From NCBI GenBank assembly GCA_934426825.1, contig CAKRYI010000011.1:5302-69301 (forward strand): 64,000 nucleotides of DNA, read 5' to 3'. Below the pieces are notes generated by a model. The model saw only the letters and a program-made list of their open reading frames with translations, was not told the DNA's origin and made no database searches. Below are positions 57,503 through 64,000 of the stretch, one piece after another. Source of the DNA: an uncultured Acetatifactor sp. (GTDB lineage: Bacteria > Bacillota > Clostridia > Lachnospirales > Lachnospiraceae). Every line of letters starts with the position of its first letter. The stretch's first letter is position 1. A program made the position numbers and the translations under genes.

Positions 57503-57925
57503 GTCCGCCGTCCTCCGCATTTTCCCCATCGGGTGTCTGCTCGGATAAGATTTCCTGCAGCTTTTCGTCGGAAATGTGGTCTTTGCCGCCGATATTAAAA
57601 TCGGCAATAGTGGCTTTCCCTGTGAGTTTGCCGTACATCCAGGTGTACACCCAGATAATCAGGGGAACCACGAAGGTGGCAAGGAGGCAGATTCCGAACA
57701 TGGTGCCGGAAAACGGGGTGTCAATGATTGCCGTAATGAGAGTGACCACATACAGCAGCACTAAAAGCACGATTCCAATAATGGCGGCAATTCGTCTGTG
57801 GTCCATACGGCTTTTGGTCTGGGGATTTTGAGTCTGACCTTGGTTCTGTTCCCTCTGCTGATTTTTAGTTTCATTCCGGCCTTGATTTTGGTTCTTATTT
57901 TGATTCATTTGGTTCTGGTTCATAA
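57495..57925 (-). CDS. Small membrane protein with a Q/N-rich low-complexity N-terminus (about 143 aa)
   Basis: MNQNQMNQNKNQNQGRNETKNQQREQNQGQTQNPQTKS followed by two TM helices (IAAIIGIVLLVLLYVVTLITAIID, FGICLLATFVVPLIIWVYTWMYG). The ATG at 57925 has GAGGAT upstream. The ORF-track extension to 58124 has no SD. Confidence 0.5.
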
Positions 57926-58160
57926 AATCCTCACTTTTCTTGTATGTAACTGAGTTATAGTTGCAGTAATGTCCGGTTCTCTCTTTTTCATAAAAAATTT
58001 TCAGAATATGTATAAGGGGAAGAATCGGTGGCATACTACTACTATCATTGGAACCCCCTCCTTTGATAGAACCAAGGATAAAAATAATACTTAATCCTCC
58101 CCTTGAAAAATCCCGGACTCGCAAAGGTGCCTGTCTGGGGTTTTTTGTATGGAAAAATTC

Positions 58161-58637
58161 TTAAAAACCTTCCTTGCGGCGCCGTAACCGTAACTCCCGG
58201 CGTTTCAGGGCGCTTTCCCATTCCATCTGTTCTGCCGGGTCATCCGGATTTAACAGAAGCGGCGGTACTTCGGCGGGCTTGCCGTCCTCACCCATATTTA
58301 CCATGACAAAATAGGCACGGTTGATGGGATGGCGAGTACCGTCCGGGTTTTCCTTATAGGTGTCCACTCTGACCTCCATGGAGGTGTGCCCCACATAGGT
58401 GACACGTCCGATTAAAACAAGGACGTCATTTAAAAAGGCTCCGGCTTTGAACTGGAGATTGTCGATAGCTGCCGTGGTGGCATTGTGACCGCAGTGCCTT
58501 CTCGCGGTGGCGCCGGCAACTTCGTCCACCCATTTCAAGAGCTGACCGCCGAAAAGCCGCCCGAATCCGTTAATGTCCGGGTAGATGACGACGCGAATCT
58601 GTTCGGTAATTGAATCTGTAACTTTTTTCGGTTCCAT
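58161..58637 (-). CDS. Acyl-CoA thioesterase (hotdog fold)
   Basis: MEPKKVTDSITEQIRVVIYPDINGFGRLFGGQLLKWVDEVAGATA… is typical of YciA/Acot-like thioesterases. The start at 58637 follows an unsupported N-extension in the ORF track. Confidence 0.75.
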   Translation of the reverse strand: MEPKKVTDSITEQIRVVIYPDINGFGRLFGGQLLKWVDEVAGATARRHCGHNATTAAIDNLQFKAGAFLNDVLVLIGRVTYVGHTSMEVRVDTYKENPDGTRHPINRAYFVMVNMGEDGKPAEVPPLLLNPDDPAEQMEWESALKRRELRLRRRKEGF

Positions 58638-58650
58638 TTTTATCCACATT

Positions 58651-58736
58651 TCTGCGCACGTTCTTTGTGCATAGCGAGTTTGTGGCAAGTGCGCGCAGAC
58701 ACAAATCTCGTGATTGAAAAATTTTATTTTTCAATC
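58651..58736. promoter_or_regulatory. Two inverted repeats in the divergent thioesterase / SEC-C intergenic region: a GC-rich hairpin (58651-58699) and a perfect AT-rich palindrome GATTGAAAAAT-TTT-ATTTTTCAATC (58712-58736)
   Basis: tctgcgcacg…gtgcgcgcaga and gattgaaaaat ttt atttttcaatc. Confidence 0.4.
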
Positions 58737-58938
58737 TTATCCTTCTTCCGTTATTTCTCTCTGTGAGAAACGATATAAAAACAGTTTAGTACAGATGTCC
58801 TTTTTTGACAAGAGGAATGATTCTTTCTGCAATTTTCTGTTGTCTAAAATGCCAATCTGTTATATACTATCAGATATGAAAATGAATATGCCGCTATCTT
58901 TTGGCGGTAATTATAATGAGAATAAGGATGGGATTATT

Positions 58939-59442
58939 ATGGCATTATTAGAGCAGTGGAGAAATGTTGCATATAACGAGGAGACAGGCAAAGCAGAGCT
59001 TCAGAAACTCTGGGCAAACTATTTTCAGGAAGAAAAGGGAATCTACGCACAGCTTTTGAAAAAACCGGATGAAGTGGTAAAGGGAACCGTGAAAGAATTA
59101 GCGGACAAGTATGGCGTAAGCATTATGACTATGACCGGATTTTTGGACGGTATTGACGAGAGCCTTGTAGAGCCTAACCCGATTGAGGAGATGGACGAGA
59201 ACACCGAGGTAAATCTTGGTTTTGACAAGGCACGTCTGTACAAGAACATGGTAGCTGCAGAGGCAGACTGGCTGTATAATCTGGAAGAGTGGAACGATAT
59301 TTTCGATGAGGAGACCAGAAAAGAACTCTACAAAGAGCAGAAATCTTCCACTACCATTGTAAAGGACAAGAAGGTATACCCCAATGACCCCTGTCCTTGC
59401 GGAAGCGGTAAAAAGTATAAGAAATGCTGTGGCAGAAAATAA
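58939..59442 (+). CDS. SEC-C motif domain protein (about 167 aa)
   Basis: The C-terminal [19 protein letters not shown] is the SEC-C metal-binding motif. The ATG at 58939 has AAGGATGG upstream. The upstream ORF-track extension is unsupported. Confidence 0.65.
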   Translation: MALLEQWRNVAYNEETGKAELQKLWANYFQEEKGIYAQLLKKPDEVVKGTVKELADKYGVSIMTMTGFLDGIDESLVEPNPIEEMDENTEVNLGFDKARLYKNMVAAEADWLYNLEEWNDIFDEETRKELYKEQKSSTTIVKDKKVYPNDPCPCGSGKKYKKCCGRK

Positions 59443-59483
59443 ATAGAAGCTGCCGGAGCGGTCTGGCAATGTACAGGATAGAG

Positions 59484-59528
59484 AACAGAGAGTTTTCCGG
59501 GAGAGAAGTCTCTGTTCCTTTTTCTTTT
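59484..59528 (+). terminator. Rho-independent terminator after the SEC-C gene
   Basis: AACAGAGA…TCTCTGTT stem followed by CCTTTTTCTTTT. Confidence 0.6.
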
Positions 59529-59546
59529 CGGAAAGGAGAATATCTT

Positions 59547-60164
59547 ATGAAAATGTTGAAAGAAATGAAGTGGGACGCACTGCTGCAGGGAATTCTTTAC
59601 ATTGTGCTCGGAGCAGCGGCACTGATAATTCCGGAGACAATGGAGAAGACTCTGGGTTATCTGATTGGAATTGTACTGATACTGGTTGGAGCGGTATCCA
59701 TGGTCTGCTATCTGCTCAGGGACGCGCACCAGAATTACTACCACAATGATTTTGTCTACGGTCTGGTAGGGATTGTGATAGGCTGCGCAGTGCTCTATAA
59801 AGTGGAGCTGATGATTTCACTGATTCCCTTTATTCTGGGAATGCTGGTACTGGCAAGCGGCTGTACAAAGCTGCAGGATGTCATTGACATGAAGCGGATG
59901 GAGTACGGCAACTGGGTGATTATGCTGATTCTTGCCGTTATCAACCTGATTTTGGGAATTTTGCTGATTTGCAATCCCTTTGAGGCTGCCACCGTGCTGT
60001 TCCAGATTATCGGAATCGGACTGGTGTTCAGCGGACTGACGGACTGCGTGGTGACAATCTATTTTGCCCGGAAAATAGGAAATTACTTAAAAGAGCAGGC
60101 TGCGGTGGAAACCACTTTTGCAGAGGTTGAGGAAGAAACCGCACAGGATCATACGGAAGAATAA
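59547..60164 (+). CDS. DUF308/HdeD-like membrane protein
   Basis: About 205 aa with six short hydrophobic helices with G-rich packing (ILYIVLGAAALIIP…LIGIVLILVGAVSMV…). SD AAAGGAGAA before the ATG at 59547. Confidence 0.6.
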   Translation: MKMLKEMKWDALLQGILYIVLGAAALIIPETMEKTLGYLIGIVLILVGAVSMVCYLLRDAHQNYYHNDFVYGLVGIVIGCAVLYKVELMISLIPFILGMLVLASGCTKLQDVIDMKRMEYGNWVIMLILAVINLILGILLICNPFEAATVLFQIIGIGLVFSGLTDCVVTIYFARKIGNYLKEQAAVETTFAEVEEETAQDHTEE

Positions 60165-60201
60165 AGCATACATTGCGATTCATACATAAAGGAGTATAGC
60201 G

Positions 60202-60633
60202 TTGAATATTGCATCATTTTTAGTGCCCAAGGTGGAGGTATCCTATCTGCGGAAGGATATGACAATCAGACAGGGACTTGAAAAATTAAAAAGAAGCGGC
60301 TATGCGGCGATTCCCGTCATTGACGAGGAAGACCGGTATGTGGGGGCAATCAGCGAGGGTGATTTTTTGTGGAATATTCTGGAGCACAATCAGTTTCTGG
60401 ATGACATTACCATGAAAAAGTTAGAGTACATGACGCTGGGGGATATTATCCAGAGCGGAAAGGTCAGTCCGGTTTGTATCGATACGGATATGGAGCAGCT
60501 GCTCGGACAGGCGCAGATGCAGAACTTTGTGCCGGTTATCGACGACAGGGGCATTTTTATCGGAATTATTACCAGAAGTGATATTATCAAATATTTTGTA
60601 AAGAAGCAGCTGGACAGTGCGGAAGGCTTGTAG
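60202..60633 (+). CDS. CBS-pair domain protein
   Basis: Two CBS motifs (…AIPVIDEEDRYVGAISEGDFL… and …FVPVIDDRGIFIGIITRSDII…). TTG start with AGGAG 8 nt upstream. Confidence 0.7.
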   Translation: MNIASFLVPKVEVSYLRKDMTIRQGLEKLKRSGYAAIPVIDEEDRYVGAISEGDFLWNILEHNQFLDDITMKKLEYMTLGDIIQSGKVSPVCIDTDMEQLLGQAQMQNFVPVIDDRGIFIGIITRSDIIKYFVKKQLDSAEGL

Positions 60634-60712
60634 GCGCACATTTTGACTTTATTTATGAAAAAATATATAATGGGATAAAATGGTTTTAGGAAAGAAAGGA
60701 TGCGTGCGGATT

Positions 60713-61237
60713 ATGAAAAAACTGGAAGAGTACGTCAGAACAATACCGGATTTTCCGGAGAAGGGAATTATGTTCCGGGATGTGACAAGTGTATTGCAGG
60801 ATGCGGATGGACTGCATTTGGCGATTGATACCATGGAGGATTTGGTAAAGGACTTGGATTACGATGTGGTAGTGGGACCGGAATCCCGTGGATTTATTTT
60901 CGGAACTCCTATTGCATACAATAACAGAAAGCCCTTTGTACTGATTCGCAAAAAGGGTAAACTTCCCTGTGAGACAGTGGCTATGACCTATGATTTGGAG
61001 TACGGTCAGGCAACTATCGAAATGCACAAGGACAGTATCAAACCCGGACAGAAGGTTCTGATTGTGGACGATTTGATTGCAACAGGCGGAACCACAGAGG
61101 CTATGATTAAATTGATTGAATCTTTGGGCGGCAAGGTCGTCGGCGTGGTTGTTCTTATGGAACTGGCAGGTCTGAAAGGACGCGAGCGCATTGCCGGATA
61201 CAGACTGGATTCGGCGATTTGCTATCCCGGAAAATAA
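60713..61237 (+). CDS. apt: Adenine phosphoribosyltransferase
   Basis: …FPEKGIMFRDVTSVL… and the PRTase motif VLIVDDLIATGGT. The ATG at 60713 has AAGGATG upstream. Confidence 0.9.
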   Translation: MKKLEEYVRTIPDFPEKGIMFRDVTSVLQDADGLHLAIDTMEDLVKDLDYDVVVGPESRGFIFGTPIAYNNRKPFVLIRKKGKLPCETVAMTYDLEYGQATIEMHKDSIKPGQKVLIVDDLIATGGTTEAMIKLIESLGGKVVGVVVLMELAGLKGRERIAGYRLDSAICYPGK

Positions 61238-61265
61238 AAAGAGCTTTTATAAAGAGTGAGATTTT

Positions 61266-63572
61266 ATGACAGAAGAAAAGAAAGATGTCATTTTTGATGA
61301 TGGGAAAATGAATGAGGCGCAGGAATTTGTGAATCCGGATGAGTTATATCGGGAGCTTATTCAGCGTGTGCGGAAATATCACCCCAGTGATGATATTTCC
61401 ATGATTGAGAAAGCCTACAAAGTTGCCGGCGAGGCACACAAAAACCAGTTCCGCAAGTCAGGGGAACCGTACATTATCCACCCGTTAAATGTGGCAATTA
61501 TCCTTGCAGACCTTGAGCTGGATAAGGAAACCATAGTTGCCGGAATCCTCCATGACGTCGTGGAGGACACGGTGATGACGGACGAGGATTTGAGACGGGA
61601 ATTCGGCGAAGATGTGGCGCAGCTGGTGGACGGCGTGACAAAGCTGGAGAAAATTCCGCTCTCCGGCGGGGTGGAACAGTCAGATGCAAAGCTGGAAATG
61701 CAGGCAGAAAATCTGCGTAAAATGTTTCTTGCCATGGCGAAGGACATCCGCGTGATTATGATTAAGTTAGCGGACCGTCTGCATAATATGAGAACTCTGA
61801 AATATAAGACACCGGAGAGCCAGCAGAGAATCGCCAAGGAGACATTGGAGATTTATTGTCCCATCGCACAGAGACTCGGCATCAGCAAGATTAAAGTAGA
61901 ACTGGATGATTTATCTTTAAAATATCTGGAGCCGGATATTTACTATGATTTAGTGGATAAAATTGCCGTGCGCAAAAGCGTGCGGGAAAAGTATATTCAG
62001 GGAATCGTGGATGAGGTCAGCGAACACATTGCCAATGCGGGTATCAAGGCGAAGGTGGACGGACGCGTCAAACACTTTTTCAGTATTTATAAGAAAATGA
62101 AAAACCAGCACAAGACGCTGGATCAGATTTACGACTTGTTTGCCGTGCGTATAATTGTGGATACCGTGAAGGACTGTTATGCGGCGCTGGGTGTGATTCA
62201 TGAAATGTATAAACCCATTCCCGGACGTTTTAAGGATTATATTGCCATGCCCAAAGCAAATATGTACCAGTCCCTCCACACCACGCTAATCGGAAGCAAC
62301 GGACAGCCCTTTGAGGTGCAGATTCGTACCTTTGAAATGCACAAGGCTGCAGAATATGGTATTGCGGCGCACTGGAAGTACAAGGAAGCATCCGACGGCA
62401 AGAAGGTGGAGACACAGGAGGAGGAAAAACTGGTATGGCTGCGCCAGATTCTGGAGTGGCAGCGGGATATGTCCGACAATAAGGAATTCATGAATCTGTT
62501 AAAGAACGATTTGGACTTGTTCTCGGACAGCGTGTACTGCTTTACGCCTACCGGTGAGGTGAAGAACCTTCCTGCCGGTTCCACACCCATTGATTTTGCT
62601 TACAGTATTCACTCTGCTGTGGGAAATAAGATGGTGGGAGCGAGAGTAAACGGCAAGCTGGTTACCATTGATTACGAAATCAAAAACGGCGACCGGATTG
62701 AAATTATCACCTCGCAAAACTCCAAGGGTCCCAGCCGGGACTGGCTGAATGTGGTCAAGAGTACCCAGGCAAAGAATAAGATTAACCAGTGGTTTAAGGC
62801 AGAATTAAAAGAGGATAATATATTCAAGGGAAAGGATTTGCTGGCAAATTACTGCAAGTCCAAATCCATTAATCAGTCCGCACTGATGGTTCCGGCATAC
62901 ATGGACGTGGTAATGAGAAAGTATGGATTCCGTGACTGGGATTCCGTGCTTGCGGCGATTGGACACGGTGCCCTGAAAGAAGGGCAGATTGTCAACAAAA
63001 TGCAGGAGCTCTATGAGAGAGACCACAAAAAGGAACTGAGCAACGAGGAAGTTCTGGCAAGCATTGCGGAGGCTTCCGCAGCACAGACCGGAAAGCCCGC
63101 CGCCATGAAATCCAAGAGCGGAATCGTGGTGAAGGGAATTGCGGATTTGTCCGTGAGATTTTCCAAATGCTGTTCGCCGGTACCGGGGGATGAAATTGTA
63201 GGTTTTGTCACCAGAGGAAGAGGGATTTCCATTCACCGAACGGACTGCATTAATATCCTGAATCTGCCGGAAATGGACCGCTCCAGATTGATTGATGCGG
63301 AATGGCAGGCTCCGGAAAATGCCGAGACGGAGAAATATACGGCGGAGATTAAAATCTTTGCCAATAACCGAAACGGTCTCTTGGCGGATATTTCCAAGGC
63401 GCTTACGGAGAAAAATATTAACATTCTCAGTATGAACACACGAACCAGCAAGCAGGGACTGGCTACTCTGCAGACTACTTTTGAAATCCGCAGCCGTGAG
63501 GAACTGAATCGTGTGATTGATAAGATTCGCGGAATTGAAAGTGTCATTGATATAGAAAGGACAACCGGCTGA
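61266..63572 (+). CDS. relA: Bifunctional (p)ppGpp synthetase/hydrolase Rel (RelA/SpoT homologue)
   Basis: HD hydrolase motif (HPLNVAIILADLELDKETIVAGILHDVVEDT), synthetase domain (…YKPIPGRFKDYIAMPKANMYQSLHTT…), and TGS and ACT C-terminal domains. Classic apt-rel linkage. Confidence 0.93.
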   Translation: MTEEKKDVIFDDGKMNEAQEFVNPDELYRELIQRVRKYHPSDDISMIEKAYKVAGEAHKNQFRKSGEPYIIHPLNVAIILADLELDKETIVAGILHDVVEDTVMTDEDLRREFGEDVAQLVDGVTKLEKIPLSGGVEQSDAKLEMQAENLRKMFLAMAKDIRVIMIKLADRLHNMRTLKYKTPESQQRIAKETLEIYCPIAQRLGISKIKVELDDLSLKYLEPDIYYDLVDKIAVRKSVREKYIQGIVDEVSEHIANAGIKAKVDGRVKHFFSIYKKMKNQHKTLDQIYDLFAVRIIVDTVKDCYAALGVIHEMYKPIPGRFKDYIAMPKANMYQSLHTTLIGSNGQPFEVQIRTFEMHKAAEYGIAAHWKYKEASDGKKVETQEEEKLVWLRQILEWQRDMSDNKEFMNLLKNDLDLFSDSVYCFTPTGEVKNLPAGSTPIDFAYSIHSAVGNKMVGARVNGKLVTIDYEIKNGDRIEIITSQNSKGPSRDWLNVVKSTQAKNKINQWFKAELKEDNIFKGKDLLANYCKSKSINQSALMVPAYMDVVMRKYGFRDWDSVLAAIGHGALKEGQIVNKMQELYERDHKKELSNEEVLASIAEASAAQTGKPAAMKSKSGIVVKGIADLSVRFSKCCSPVPGDEIVGFVTRGRGISIHRTDCINILNLPEMDRSRLIDAEWQAPENAETEKYTAEIKIFANNRNGLLADISKALTEKNINILSMNTRTSKQGLATLQTTFEIRSREELNRVIDKIRGIESVIDIERTTG

Positions 63573-64000
63573 TGTCAGAATTAAAAATCGGACGCATGGT
63601 ACTGGGAATGTACCAGACAAACTGCTATTTTTTATACAGGACGGGAACACAGGAAGCGATTGTGGTAGACCCGGCAGACCACGGGGATAAGATTGCGGAT
63701 GCTTTGAAGCGCAATGGATTTCATGTGGCGGGAATCCTCATTACCCATGGACATTTTGACCATATCTGGGGATGCGAGGAGCTGAAAGAGGCAGCAAATG
63801 CGGATGCGAAAGAAAGAGGAGCGGAGCCGGTAAAGGTATATGCCTGTGAGGCGGAGCGTGCGCTCCTTCTCGATACCCACATGAATGTTTCCGCGCAGAT
63901 GCACAGACCGTGCAGCGTGGAAGCTGATGTGTATGTGAAGGACGGCGATGAGATTACCATAGCGGGAATTACCTGCAAAGTGATTGCAACACCGGGACAC
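63572..64000 (+). CDS. MBL-fold metallo-hydrolase (glyoxalase II-like), partial because the C-terminus runs off the window
   Basis: Reading from the ATG that overlaps the relA stop (TGATG) gives MSELKIGRMVLGMYQTNCYFLYRTGTQEAIVVDPADHGDKI…GILITHGHFDHIWG, the HxHxDH zinc motif. It is absent from the ORF track only because it has no in-window stop. Confidence 0.7.
   Translation, partial: MSELKIGRMVLGMYQTNCYFLYRTGTQEAIVVDPADHGDKIADALKRNGFHVAGILITHGHFDHIWGCEELKEAANADAKERGAEPVKVYACEAERALLLDTHMNVSAQMHRPCSVEADVYVKDGDEITIAGITCKVIATPGH

Noticed and set aside
1-64000. CRISPR arrays, transposases, integrases, phage genes, tRNA/rRNA
   Set aside because: No direct-repeat/spacer periodicity, no DDE or tyrosine-recombinase-like ORFs, and no tRNA-like cloverleaf sequences were noticed anywhere in the window.

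Overview
This 64 kb window is a chromosomal segment from a Firmicutes/Clostridia-type genome. The evidence is the GTG/TTG starts, AGGAGG-type ribosome-binding sites, sporulation-type SpoIID/LytB and PrsA-like proteins, and codon usage. It is densely packed with mostly plus-strand genes and has no rRNA, tRNA, CRISPR, transposase or integrase signal. Housekeeping content: a thyA-folA operon; ilvE; the sbcD-sbcC nuclease operon; a PrsA-like lipoprotein; an ECF sigma / RsiV-like anti-sigma pair; a carbon starvation transporter cstA with a long structured leader; a MATE exporter; DUF3737-like and patB; htpG behind a perfect CIRCE operator; a split chromate-transporter pair; a GntR-ABC-ABC2 (YtrA-like) operon; a purine cluster purC-purF-purB-(purF-like)-purA; LysR and HAD genes; a thioesterase; SEC-C, DUF308, CBS; and apt-relA followed by a partial MBL hydrolase. 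Accessory or unusual content: (i) a 7.7 kb gene for a 2568-aa cell-surface protein with glycine-rich beta-helix-like repeats, Ig-like repeats, a 6-Cys module, a Pro/Thr linker, a conserved C-terminal module and a C-terminal TM anchor but no LPXTG. It is preceded by a translationally coupled degenerate receiver-like gene and followed convergently by a LytTR-type two-component system. A shorter paralogue with the same Cys and C-terminal modules appears broken by two +1A homopolymer frameshifts and carries a LytTR-like direct repeat in its promoter. (ii) A conserved-looking four-gene block at 41.9-48.9 kb encodes a 1189-aa alpha-helical-repeat protein, a degenerate Hsp70/actin-fold pseudo-ATPase, a 285-aa protein and a two-TM coiled-coil membrane protein. 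I recognise no characterised family for any of them, so this is my best candidate for an undescribed system. (iii) The cstA leader has the hallmarks of a T-box riboswitch. (iv) There is an orphan HipA-like kinase gene. All calls are from reading the sequence and ORF translations and remembering family signatures. No database search was possible.
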